A stretch of 39,793 nt of DNA from a virus (taxonomy: Duplodnaviria; Caudoviricetes). The translations under genes were made by a program, and so were the position numbers. The DNA is taken from the IMG/VR virus record IMGVR_UViG_3300017913_001925, positions 1-39,793 of that record; one strand, written 5' to 3'. Within the stretch, counting starts at the first letter, position 1, and each line of letters opens with the position of its first letter. Positions 18,568 through 27,823 of this stretch are shown in pieces. The notes under the pieces were generated by a model that saw only the letters and a list, made by a program, of their open reading frames with translations, was not told the origin of the DNA and ran no database searches.

Positions 18568-18575
18568 TATTTATA
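18568..18575 (+). promoter_or_regulatory. putative late promoter TATTTATA
   Basis: Intergenic, 16 nt before the ATG at 18592. Confidence 0.7.
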
Positions 18576-18591
18576 AATGTAAACGTGTATA

Positions 18592-19446
18592 ATGAAGATA
18601 AAACACTCCAAATTTCGTAATACTGGGCTTATCTTTGAACTGCTTGTTAAACAAATAGCAGCTGATACTCTTGATAAACAAGACTCTCCAGCTATTGATA
18701 TTTTAAAGAAGCATTTTACAGGTAAAACATCCTTAGTTAGAGAGTTTAAATTATACGAATTTATTCTAAAGAACAAAGGTATAGGTCAGCATAAGGCTGA
18801 AACTATCTTATCTACTATTACGGAAATATCAAAAAAGCTAAATCGTAAGACTTTAAAAGAGCAAAAATACGATTTAATATCAGACATAAAGAAGAGTTAT
18901 AACATTAACGAATTCTTTTCTATTCAAGTTACAGATTATAAAGCATTAGCTTCATTATACTGTTTATTAGAAGCTCAAAATAACAATGAGCTTGTTGACC
19001 CTAATCTTTTAGTTAACTTTAGATCAACTTTATTAGAACACCTCACTACTGAGAAGCAAGATAAAAAAGACGTTAAAGACACTTTAATTGAAGAATATAG
19101 TAAGTATGACAAGGATTTAAAATTACTTACTTTTAAAATTTTATTAGAGAAATTTAACGACAAGTATAAAGATCTTTTACCACAACAGAAGAACATACTT
19201 AAAGAATTTATCACTTCAGTCAACTCTCAAACACGTTTACGCACTTTAGTTAATGAAGAGTTAACAAAAATTAAGGAAGAGGTTAATAAGTTAGGTTTAA
19301 AGGTAAAAGATGAAGTTGTCAAAATTAAGTTAGATGAGGTAGCGAAATCTATTTACCCTGTAACAAACAAGGAAAAAATTTCCGACAATCACCTTATTAA
19401 CTTAATGCAGTATTACGATCTAGTCAACGAGTTAAAATCTTTATAA
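18592..19446 (+). CDS. conserved helical head-module protein (possible prohead core component)
   Basis: KHSKFRNTGLIFELL N-terminus, FNDKY; position between portal and protease. Confidence 0.65.
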   Translation: MKIKHSKFRNTGLIFELLVKQIAADTLDKQDSPAIDILKKHFTGKTSLVREFKLYEFILKNKGIGQHKAETILSTITEISKKLNRKTLKEQKYDLISDIKKSYNINEFFSIQVTDYKALASLYCLLEAQNNNELVDPNLLVNFRSTLLEHLTTEKQDKKDVKDTLIEEYSKYDKDLKLLTFKILLEKFNDKYKDLLPQQKNILKEFITSVNSQTRLRTLVNEELTKIKEEVNKLGLKVKDEVVKIKLDEVAKSIYPVTNKEKISDNHLINLMQYYDLVNELKSL

Positions 19447-19631
19447 TGAAAAGATCACAGCTCGTTTCTCTAGTAAGGGAAGTAATGCAAGAATTAGATG
19501 AAGCAAACGTCACCGGCGGTACTGCTTCGTTTACACCGGGAACAGGAGCACAATATGCTACTCCTTTTGCATTCGGTAAAGATAAAAGAGCAAAAAAGAC
19601 ATTAAAGAAACAAGGATATAAAGAAGTATAA
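19446..19631 (+). CDS. small protein with LVSLVREVMQELDE leader and YATPFAF motif
   Basis: TAATG coupling on both sides; leader helix. Confidence 0.7.
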   Translation: MKRSQLVSLVREVMQELDEANVTGGTASFTPGTGAQYATPFAFGKDKRAKKTLKKQGYKEV

Positions 19632-21835
19632 TGAGAACAGTAACGGAAAAATACAAAGCTGTCAACGAAGGCAAATTAGACCAGAATGAGTTTGTCAGAC
19701 AAATGAGATTAGCTTATCCTAGCCTTATTACTCAATTTAACGGGTTCAAGGATACGGTAAAAATTTTATCAAACAGAGGAATGCTTTTTGAAGATAAGTA
19801 TGAAACTGTAAACCACTCTGATGAATCTATCAGAAGAGGATTAGATTATGAATTGAATGCAATGGGTATTGACCCTGCCGGTACTGTTTCTGGAGAAGAT
19901 CAACAAAAAGCTAGAAATAAAGCTTTAGCTAATATTAAAAAAGATCCATTATACTATTATCATTTACTTTCTGGTGACTCTTCAAGAGTAAATCGTCACG
20001 ATAAATACACTGAGACTAAAAGAGGAAAGCTAGAAAAAGATACTTTTAACGATATGAAAAAAGCTACGTTAAAAGAGATAAAACAAAACCTTGTAGAAGG
20101 AACTAGAGCATTGGTAGGATATCTAAGTGGTGATAGATTGACTACTACCTACAATCATTATGACGGTTATCCATCTAATTTAGGTAAAGGATTAGAAGCT
20201 CATTACAACGATGATGAATCTGCTAAGGATGTAGCAATGAAAGGTTACATCACTTATTTAAACCCAGAAACCGGAGAAATTGAATCTACTCATAAAGATC
20301 CACCTAGAAAGATTACACTACCAGATAACGATGAAGATATGGCTAGAGAGGTTGCTGAGGCAATTGATAGCATGGGAGCAGATTATGGTTATATCTGGGA
20401 TGATAGAGCTAATAGATGGGTTACAGTTAAGAATACAGGCATCCGTTCTATGATTGATCAAATTATGGATAAAATGGGAGATTATGCTGATGTTCAAGAA
20501 GGTGACCTAGACGAAACTGAAGAAGAGTATCTAGCAAAAAGAGATGCTGCTATCAAAAAAGCTATGGGTAAAGATGAAATGTTAAAAGAGTCTTTAACTA
20601 ATATTATAACTTACCTTAAACAAGAAAAAGGAGCAGGTAATGAAGTAATTAAAGACTTTATTAAGACTCACGGAAAAGATATCGCAGGAATGTCAATGGA
20701 TCAAGTAGGAGATGAATTCGAGGAATTCCTTTCAGTTAACTACGAAGCACCTTCTGACTTTATGAACGAAGACATAGACTACCATATTGAACTATTAGTC
20801 CCACAAGTAGCTTTTGATGTAGAATCAGGTGAATTAGCTGATTCTCCATATGAATTTGCTACTGAAGACGAAATAGAGGACGGTGAAGCTGATGTTACAA
20901 CATACACCGATGGAGATGAGTTAGATGAATTTGTTTTTAGCCGTAGCTACGAGCAAGCTAAGCATTTCGAAAAAGAATACCCAGGTTTATTTAAAGTAGT
21001 AACTAAAGTATCTGAAAAGAAAGGTAAAGATCACGACGGAGATGGAGACATCGATGGAGATGATTATATGGCTGCTAAAGATAAGGCTATCAAAAAAGCT
21101 ATGGGTAAAAAGACAGATGAAAATGCTGCCGTTGCTGCAATGATGGGTGCTAGAGCTGCTCTTAAAAATAAAGAAAAAGATAAAAAAGACGTCAAAGAAG
21201 GATATAGAGGTGTCATGGATGATGTAGTAGAAATCATCAAAGACATGGCTATGAATGCAGATGGAGATGAAATCGAAGCTGCAATGGAGTTGATGGAGTT
21301 TATCGGAGAGCATTATAAAATAGACTTTGAATTCGGTAGAGCCGGAGGAGGTAACTATGGAAGAAATGACGGTGCTCCTTATGAAGGTAAAGTAAATGAG
21401 GCAGTAAAAAATATTATTACTAAAGTACTTGAAGAAGAAGTTATAGCTGAAGCAGCTACTCAAGAATTAGCTAAAATAGCAGATGAATATGACTCTTTTG
21501 AAGGTCTTAAGCCTGCAGTAATTGCATTAGAAAATGTTGTAACAGAGATTGAAACTTTCTATGATAAAACGAGAGCTAAGATTCAAAAGATTTATAATGA
21601 TTTAGGAGAAGTCAGAAATGAAGAAGGATTAAAGGTAGGAGCATTTATTACTCCTTCTATTGAAAATGCCTTTAAAAGAGACTTGAAACCTATTATAAAG
21701 AATCAATTCCACGGCGGATTAGAAATGCCTAAAGTAAAACGTATTTCTCAAGCAGACGTTGATAGAGGATATATTCAACAAGAAGCTCCTAAAGATACTG
21801 TTTTTACTCCAGTAAGAGAAAATAAGAAAAAATAA
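19631..21835 (+). CDS. large acidic mosaic protein, putative prohead-core / internal polyprotein
   Basis: Many [LMIV]-x-E junctions; GTRALVG...YNHYDGYP module; DHDGDGDIDGDD motif; duplicated AIKKAMGK; located directly upstream of the protease. Confidence 0.72.
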   Translation: MRTVTEKYKAVNEGKLDQNEFVRQMRLAYPSLITQFNGFKDTVKILSNRGMLFEDKYETVNHSDESIRRGLDYELNAMGIDPAGTVSGEDQQKARNKALANIKKDPLYYYHLLSGDSSRVNRHDKYTETKRGKLEKDTFNDMKKATLKEIKQNLVEGTRALVGYLSGDRLTTTYNHYDGYPSNLGKGLEAHYNDDESAKDVAMKGYITYLNPETGEIESTHKDPPRKITLPDNDEDMAREVAEAIDSMGADYGYIWDDRANRWVTVKNTGIRSMIDQIMDKMGDYADVQEGDLDETEEEYLAKRDAAIKKAMGKDEMLKESLTNIITYLKQEKGAGNEVIKDFIKTHGKDIAGMSMDQVGDEFEEFLSVNYEAPSDFMNEDIDYHIELLVPQVAFDVESGELADSPYEFATEDEIEDGEADVTTYTDGDELDEFVFSRSYEQAKHFEKEYPGLFKVVTKVSEKKGKDHDGDGDIDGDDYMAAKDKAIKKAMGKKTDENAAVAAMMGARAALKNKEKDKKDVKEGYRGVMDDVVEIIKDMAMNADGDEIEAAMELMEFIGEHYKIDFEFGRAGGGNYGRNDGAPYEGKVNEAVKNIITKVLEEEVIAEAATQELAKIADEYDSFEGLKPAVIALENVVTEIETFYDKTRAKIQKIYNDLGEVRNEEGLKVGAFITPSIENAFKRDLKPIIKNQFHGGLEMPKVKRISQADVDRGYIQQEAPKDTVFTPVRENKKK

Positions 21836-21836
21836 T

Positions 21837-22415
21837 ATGGCACAATTACTAGTAGACGTTACGCCGTTTAGACCAACTATAACTGAATCGAAAACCAAAC
21901 CTGGTGTATTCGAAGTAGAGGGTGTCATGCAGAGAGCATCTGCAGAAAATCAAAACGGTAGAGTATATTCAAAAGCTATACTTGAAAGAGAGTGTAGCAA
22001 GTATATGAAAGAATTTGTTAAAAGAGGAAATGCTTTTGGTGAACTAGATCATCCAGAATCACCGGTAGTATCTTTAAAAAATGCTTCTCATGTAGTAAAA
22101 GACCTATATTGGAAAGGAGACGATCTGATGGGTAAAGTTGAGTTACTTAATACACCTGCTGGTAATATTGTTAAAGAAATTATTAAAGCTGGACATACTA
22201 TTGGTATTTCATCTAGAGGTACTGGATCAGTTCAGCAAACAAATGAAGGTCATTTAGAGGTACAAGACGATTTTGAACTAGTATGTTGGGACTTTGTATC
22301 TAATCCTTCCACTCACGGTGCTTTTATGAACCCTATAGCCTTACAAGAAGGTAAAGTAAAAGTATCAAAATATTCAAACTTAGATTCTATCATCAACGAT
22401 ATACTAAGAGCTTAA
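21837..22415 (+). CDS. gp21: prohead core protein protease (T4 gp21-like)
   Basis: NQNGRVY, GELDHP (His), ISSRGTGS (Ser), WDFVSNPS (Asp) motifs. Confidence 0.95.
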   Translation: MAQLLVDVTPFRPTITESKTKPGVFEVEGVMQRASAENQNGRVYSKAILERECSKYMKEFVKRGNAFGELDHPESPVVSLKNASHVVKDLYWKGDDLMGKVELLNTPAGNIVKEIIKAGHTIGISSRGTGSVQQTNEGHLEVQDDFELVCWDFVSNPSTHGAFMNPIALQEGKVKVSKYSNLDSIINDILRA

Positions 22416-23269
22416 TGAAACTTTCAGAATTATTTTTAGAAGATAAAAGAGTCAATTTATCATTAACTAGAGAGGAAACTCGTAAAGTTACTTCTATGGT
22501 AATGACTGAATACGGGGACTTAACTTTAGAGACGGCAACTAATAACGAGGAACTTATAGCAGAAGTATCTGCAAATGTTGCTTTTTACTCTTTTTTAAAA
22601 GAAGAAGCATATAAAGATAAAGATTTAAAAGAAGCAATAGAAACCGGCTTCCCAGTCATAGATGCAATGATAAGTTTCTTTGGTGGTATTAAAGATTTTT
22701 TAACAAGTACTGATTTCGGTAAATGGATTGCTAAAAAAATAAAACAATTTGCAGATAAATTCTTTCCTAAATTAGAAAAAGATCCAAACTCATGGACTAA
22801 TAAATTAGTTAAATTCGTACAGAAACTAAGTAGAGCAGTAGGTGCAAAAGGTATAGCCTGGTTACTAGCAGCAAAAAAAGCAGGTAAAGAGGCAGGTGGA
22901 ATTGCTAAATTTTTAAAATTCAAAAGACCATCTGTAGGTCAAATAAAAGCAGCAATACCTTTAGCTACAAAAATATATAAAGGATTAATGTTAATTTTAA
23001 TCGGGATTGCAGTAATTAAACTTTTAGTATTCGTTGCTCCTTTCTTCCAAGCGGTAATGGCTAAATCTATAGTTGCCTCAGTTACTGCTGCTGCCTCTAA
23101 AGCGGGTGTTGGTGGTTTTACACTGGCAGGATTTAACGTTATAGGAATGACGAAAAAGATAGAACATTATAAAGATCCACACCACCTACATAGCCACTCA
23201 GAAGAAGTTAACAGTGAAATAAATGATGTTGTAAGAGAGATTAGTGACCTAGCTGATTCCTTTGCATAA
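22415..23269 (+). CDS. membrane-active protein with MKLSELFLE leader
   Basis: Leader; amphipathic Lys-rich helices; hydrophobic GLMLILIGIAVIKLLVFVAPFF segment and Ala/Gly-rich segment. Confidence 0.65.
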   Translation: MKLSELFLEDKRVNLSLTREETRKVTSMVMTEYGDLTLETATNNEELIAEVSANVAFYSFLKEEAYKDKDLKEAIETGFPVIDAMISFFGGIKDFLTSTDFGKWIAKKIKQFADKFFPKLEKDPNSWTNKLVKFVQKLSRAVGAKGIAWLLAAKKAGKEAGGIAKFLKFKRPSVGQIKAAIPLATKIYKGLMLILIGIAVIKLLVFVAPFFQAVMAKSIVASVTAAASKAGVGGFTLAGFNVIGMTKKIEHYKDPHHLHSHSEEVNSEINDVVREISDLADSFA

Positions 23270-23311
23270 CAACTTATTTACTTATTTACTTAGCTTTCCG
23301 GAATAAGTATA

Positions 23312-23319
23312 TATTTATA
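23312..23319 (+). promoter_or_regulatory. putative late promoter TATTTATA for the scaffold-capsid operon
   Basis: Lies in the 139-nt intergenic gap, 89 nt before the scaffold ATG. Confidence 0.7.
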
Positions 23320-23326
23320 TACGAAT

Positions 23327-23385
23327 ATGCAGTCACTACTGTATTAAAAAACATATAACTTCACATTACGATTCCAATAATCGTA
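23327..23385 (+). promoter_or_regulatory. two small hairpins in the predicted 5' leader of the scaffold mRNA
   Basis: ATGCAGT-cact-ACTGTAT (23327-23344, one G-U pair) and TACGATT-ccaat-AATCGTA (23367-23385, perfect 7 bp). Confidence 0.4.
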
Positions 23386-23408
23386 CGAAAATCAATTATT
23401 TTTTTAAA

Positions 23409-24551
23409 ATGGCAAATAAAGATTTATTCAAGCAAGCTATTGCTGAAGCTAAATCTGTTAGAGAAGCCGCTATTGCTAACGCTAAGGAAGCTTTAGAAGA
23501 AACTTTAACTCCTCATTTAAAAGATATGTTAGCTGCTAAACTTCAAGAGATGGAAGACAAAGAAGTCGATGAAGAAGTAGTAAACGAAGTCGAAGAGGAG
23601 ATCGAAGAAGGATCTAAAGACAAAGACATGGATGAAGCTAAGGACAAAGAAATGGACGAAGCTAACCATGACGACAAAAAAGACGAAGCAATCGAGGAAG
23701 ATCTTACAGAAGTAGAACCAGTTGGCGAAGCTGAAGAAGACGAAGCAGAGGATGACTCAGAAGAATCTGAGGACGAAGCTGAAGAAATCGAAGACCACGG
23801 AGAAGAGGATGTTGATGGTGATGAAGATATTAGCAACTTATCAGTTGACCAATTCAAAGATATGATCAGAGATATTATCAGTCAAGAGGTAGGCGGAGAC
23901 GCTCCTGCTGACGATATGGATGCTGGTGATATTGAAGGAATGGGAGACGAAGAGCCTGCTGGTATGGAAGCACCTGAAGCAGACGGAGAAGAAGAAATCG
24001 ATCTTGACGAACTTATCAAAGAACTTGACGCTATCGCCGAAGGTGATAAAGAAGAGGAAATGGAAGAAGGCAAGAAAGAGGACAAAATGGAAGAAGGTAA
24101 AGACGAAGATAAGATGGACGAAGAAACATCTAATCAAGTAAATGCTGAATCTGACGGAAAAGATTACAATATTAATAGAGTATCTGATCTTAAAGAAGAT
24201 TTAGACAATGCCTTGGAAACTATCGAAACTCTACAAAAAGAGTTAAACGAAGTAAACATTTTGAACGCAAAACTTCTTTACGTTAACAAAATCTTCAAAG
24301 CAAACAACTTAAGTGAATCTCAGAAAGTAAATGTTATCGCAGCGTTCGATAAAGCTGAAACTGTAAAAGAAGTTAAGCTAGTATTCGAAACTGTAGTAGA
24401 TAACGTTGGTACTAAGAAAGAGACCACTATCAAAGAACACAAAGGATCTGCATCCAAAGCAACAGGCACAACAGCTAAGAAGCCTGAAGTAATTGCAGAA
24501 GTTTCCTCTGCTGTTCAAAGAATGCAAAAATTAGCTGGAATTATTAAGTAA
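23409..24551 (+). CDS. prohead core scaffolding protein (T4 gp22-equivalent)
   Basis: Extremely acidic coiled-coil protein immediately upstream of the major capsid gene; LNEVNILNAKLLY; C-terminal RMQKLAGI; repeated M-x-E sites. Confidence 0.85.
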   Translation: MANKDLFKQAIAEAKSVREAAIANAKEALEETLTPHLKDMLAAKLQEMEDKEVDEEVVNEVEEEIEEGSKDKDMDEAKDKEMDEANHDDKKDEAIEEDLTEVEPVGEAEEDEAEDDSEESEDEAEEIEDHGEEDVDGDEDISNLSVDQFKDMIRDIISQEVGGDAPADDMDAGDIEGMGDEEPAGMEAPEADGEEEIDLDELIKELDAIAEGDKEEEMEEGKKEDKMEEGKDEDKMDEETSNQVNAESDGKDYNINRVSDLKEDLDNALETIETLQKELNEVNILNAKLLYVNKIFKANNLSESQKVNVIAAFDKAETVKEVKLVFETVVDNVGTKKETTIKEHKGSASKATGTTAKKPEVIAEVSSAVQRMQKLAGIIK

Positions 24552-24573
24552 TTTATTTAAATTAAAAACGAAA

Positions 24574-26166
24574 ATGGAAATTCAAAATTTGTTAGAGAGC
24601 TCAGGCAATTCTTACAAAAGCATGCAAGCTGATCAGGTAAAATTATCTGAAAAGTGGGCTGCTTCTGGATTACTAGAAGGTTTGGAAAATAGAGAAGCTG
24701 GCAATATGGCCATGATTCTTGAGAACCAAGCTAAGCAAATCGTAGCTGAAGCTAACACTACTGGTACTGGCGGTACATTTACTGCAGGTCAGGGTGAGCA
24801 GTGGGCTGGAGTTGCACTTCCTTTAGTAAGAAAAGTATTCGCTCAAATTTCTGCACAGGACTTTGTTTCTGTACAACCAATGAACCTACCTTCAGGTCTT
24901 GTATTCTATCTAGACTTCAAATATGGAGACGCTAGAAACGGAAGATCTGACGGAGATAATATGTATGGTAACGTAACTGAAGCTAGCACAAAAATGACTA
25001 AAGATGCTGACCCATCTGGAGGTCTTTATGGAGCTGGACAGTTCGGATATACTATCAACTCTGCATCTGCTACCTTTAGTGGTACTGCTACTGGATCAGC
25101 TACTTCTGCTTCTATCGCTTACGATAACGATAAAGTAGTATCTGATTTCGAAACTGTAGCTGTAACTTTCAACAACAGTTCATCTGCTGACTTGAAAGGT
25201 GCAAGAGCATTTAGATTAATCTCTGCTTCTACTGATATCACTTCTCACCCAGAACTTACTTCTGTATCTGGTAACACAGTAACATTCGTAGTAACAGGAT
25301 CTAACTTAACTACTAATTCTGTAGACGCTACTGTATTGTTCCACCAACAACCTGCTGATAACGACAGAGGTGACTTTGAAGCTGGATCAAACAGAGCTGT
25401 AGATACTTCAATCGTCATTCCTGAGATTGATGTAGAGCTTGCTTCTGAGGCTATTGTTGCTAAGACTAGAAAGTTAAAAGCACAATGGACACCAGAATTT
25501 GCTCAAGACCTTAACGCATATCACTCTATCGATGCTGAAGCTGAATTGACTTCACTATTAAGTGAGTACATTTCAATGGAGATCGATCTAGAGATCTTAG
25601 ATATGTTAATCTTAGATGCTAACACTACTGAGAGATGGTCTGCAGAGAATAACAAAGTATGGGATGCTACTGCAGAGTCTTGGTCAACTTCGACTTCAGA
25701 CTTCTATAACACTCAAGGGCAGTGGTTCCAAACTTTAGGTACTAAACTACAAAAAGTATCTAACAAGATTCACCAGAAAACTTTAAGAGGTGGTGCTAAT
25801 TTCTTAGTAGTATCTCCAACAGTTGCTACAATCCTAGAATCAATTCCTGGATATGCTGCTGCTACAAATGGTGATCAAGATCAGTTTGCAATGGGCGTAC
25901 AAAAAGTAGGTGCATTAAACAACAGATTCCAAGTTTACAAAAATCCTTACATGACTGAAAACACAATCTTGTTAGGATATAGAGGAAGTCAATTCCTTGA
26001 AGCTGGTGCTGTTTATGCTCCTTACGTACCATTAATGATGACTCCTCTAGTATATGATCCAGAAACCTTCACTCCAAGAAAAGGTTTAATGACTAGATAT
26101 GCTAAGAAGATGATCAGACCTGAATTCTACGGAAAAATCTTTATTTCAGATTTATCTCAAATCTAA
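24574..26166 (+). CDS. gp23: major capsid protein (T4 gp23-like)
   Basis: PLVRK, VQPMxxPSGLVF, AKTRKLKAQWTPEFAQDL..H..DAEAEL, YAPYVPL, FTPRKGLMTRY. Confidence 0.97.
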   Translation: MEIQNLLESSGNSYKSMQADQVKLSEKWAASGLLEGLENREAGNMAMILENQAKQIVAEANTTGTGGTFTAGQGEQWAGVALPLVRKVFAQISAQDFVSVQPMNLPSGLVFYLDFKYGDARNGRSDGDNMYGNVTEASTKMTKDADPSGGLYGAGQFGYTINSASATFSGTATGSATSASIAYDNDKVVSDFETVAVTFNNSSSADLKGARAFRLISASTDITSHPELTSVSGNTVTFVVTGSNLTTNSVDATVLFHQQPADNDRGDFEAGSNRAVDTSIVIPEIDVELASEAIVAKTRKLKAQWTPEFAQDLNAYHSIDAEAELTSLLSEYISMEIDLEILDMLILDANTTERWSAENNKVWDATAESWSTSTSDFYNTQGQWFQTLGTKLQKVSNKIHQKTLRGGANFLVVSPTVATILESIPGYAAATNGDQDQFAMGVQKVGALNNRFQVYKNPYMTENTILLGYRGSQFLEAGAVYAPYVPLMMTPLVYDPETFTPRKGLMTRYAKKMIRPEFYGKIFISDLSQI

Positions 26167-26185
26167 GATTAAGTAGAATATGAAT

Positions 26186-26215
26186 AAAGAGAGGGCTTCG
26201 GCCCTCTTTTTTTTT
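26186..26215 (+). terminator. rho-independent terminator after the major capsid gene
   Basis: AGAGGGC-TTCG-GCCCTCT stem with C(UUCG)G tetraloop, T-run 26207-26215. Confidence 0.92.
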
Positions 26216-26218
26216 GAC

Positions 26219-26226
26219 TATTTATA
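26219..26226 (+). promoter_or_regulatory. putative late promoter TATTTATA
   Basis: Immediately after the terminator, 14 nt before the ATG at 26241. Confidence 0.72.
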
Positions 26227-26240
26227 GATAAACTAGAAAG

Positions 26241-26678
26241 ATGGCTGATATTACCGTAACAATATCTGAAGAGTTAAGTTTAGATAATAATTTACATAAC
26301 AATACCGTTAAAAAGACATTTAGCGGTGTTAATAATATAGATCATAGAACGTTAACAGCAGTAAGTGGTTCAGTTACCACTATATTTGAATTTGCTAATG
26401 ATCTAAATTCAGGTACTTTTACTACATCATCATTAGTTTACGGTAGAATAACCAATTTAAGTACTGATAAAGATGTAAACTTACATATATCAAGCTCAGA
26501 ACTTAACTTTAACCAAAAAGTTTCTGCAGGAGGTAGCCATTTATTATCTACTTCTGAAGTAACAGGTAGTTTTACAGGTAGTTTATCAGCTCCTATTACA
26601 TATAACCAGGTAAATGCTATAAAAGTTGAACCTATTAGTGGTTCCGCTAGAGTAGAATACTATATTACAACTAGTTAA
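26241..26678 (+). CDS. beta-rich virion structural protein (possible head decoration)
   Basis: Ser/Thr-rich; YGRITNL motif; follows the capsid gene. Confidence 0.6.
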   Translation: MADITVTISEELSLDNNLHNNTVKKTFSGVNNIDHRTLTAVSGSVTTIFEFANDLNSGTFTTSSLVYGRITNLSTDKDVNLHISSSELNFNQKVSAGGSHLLSTSEVTGSFTGSLSAPITYNQVNAIKVEPISGSARVEYYITTS

Positions 26679-26680
26679 TT

Positions 26681-27823
26681 ATGGCAGATATAGCAATTTG
26701 GGGAGGAAGTTCAAATTTTAGCTCTGGACAGACTCCTTTCGGATTTTACGACAATGATACTGAGTTTCAAGCAGATGCAGATAAAGTATCTAAGTTTTGT
26801 GCGTCTAGATTAGGGTATCCTTTGATGGATGTAGAGTTAGATAGTGGTTCATTCTATACTTGCTTTGAAGAAGCTATTACTACGTACGGTAATGAAGTAT
26901 TTAAGTATAAAATCACAGAAAACTACCTTAATTACGAAGGAGGTTTAACAGGAAGTAGTGTAAATAATAGAATTGTCGAACCAACACTCAATAAACCTAT
27001 TCAGATAGCTAAGAATTACGGTACTGAAGCTGGTGTTGGTGGTAATGTACAAAAATACACAGGTTCTCTAGATATTACCAAAGACCAACAAACGTATGAT
27101 TTGAATGCTTGGTCAGAAGATCAAGGTATTACAGGTAGTATAGAGGTAAGAAAGGTGTTTTACGAAGCACCACCTGCAATCCAACGTTATTTTGACCCGT
27201 ATGCAGGTACTGGAACAGGTATTCAGTCATTAATGTCGGCTTTTGACTTTGGATCGTTTAGTCCTGGTATTAATTTTATGTTAATGCCTATATCTTACGA
27301 TATTGCTTTACTTCAAGGTATTGAATTTAACGATCAAATACGTAAATCATCATATTCTTTTGAAATAGTAGCTAATCAACTTAGAATATTCCCAGTTCCT
27401 AAAAGAGCTGGTAAGTTATTCTTTGAATATTATAAAGAAGACGATAAGTCAAAGCTATCTTTTGATGATTCACTTAATAAAATTACTAATGTAGCTGAAG
27501 TACCGTATGAAAACCCTACTTATTCGTTTATTAACAGTGTAGGAAGACAGTGGATATTTAATTATACGTTAGCTTTAGCTAAAGAAATGCTTGCATACAT
27601 TAGAGGTAAGTACGGTACTGTACCAATTCCTGGTTCAGAAGCTACTTTAAACCAAGCAGACCTATTAACTGATGCTAGATCAGAAAAAACAGAGTTATTA
27701 ACCAGTCTTAGAGAGATGTTAGATGCAACATCTAGAGGTAATCAGTTAGAAGCACAAGCTAAAGAAGCAGAAGACCTTCAGAATACGTTGAAATCAGTTC
27801 CAATGACAATATATGTAGGGTAA
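26681..27823 (+). CDS. neck / head-completion protein (T4 gp13-like)
   Basis: RLGYPLMDVEL, WIFNYTLALAKEML...RGKY..VPIPG...TLN. Confidence 0.8.
   Translation: MADIAIWGGSSNFSSGQTPFGFYDNDTEFQADADKVSKFCASRLGYPLMDVELDSGSFYTCFEEAITTYGNEVFKYKITENYLNYEGGLTGSSVNNRIVEPTLNKPIQIAKNYGTEAGVGGNVQKYTGSLDITKDQQTYDLNAWSEDQGITGSIEVRKVFYEAPPAIQRYFDPYAGTGTGIQSLMSAFDFGSFSPGINFMLMPISYDIALLQGIEFNDQIRKSSYSFEIVANQLRIFPVPKRAGKLFFEYYKEDDKSKLSFDDSLNKITNVAEVPYENPTYSFINSVGRQWIFNYTLALAKEMLAYIRGKYGTVPIPGSEATLNQADLLTDARSEKTELLTSLREMLDATSRGNQLEAQAKEAEDLQNTLKSVPMTIYVG

Noticed and set aside
15058-26166. Introns or inteins in terminase, portal or capsid genes; tRNA genes
   Set aside because: The ORFs are continuous and of ordinary length with no intein or homing motifs; intergenic gaps are short and show no cloverleaf or T-loop pattern.
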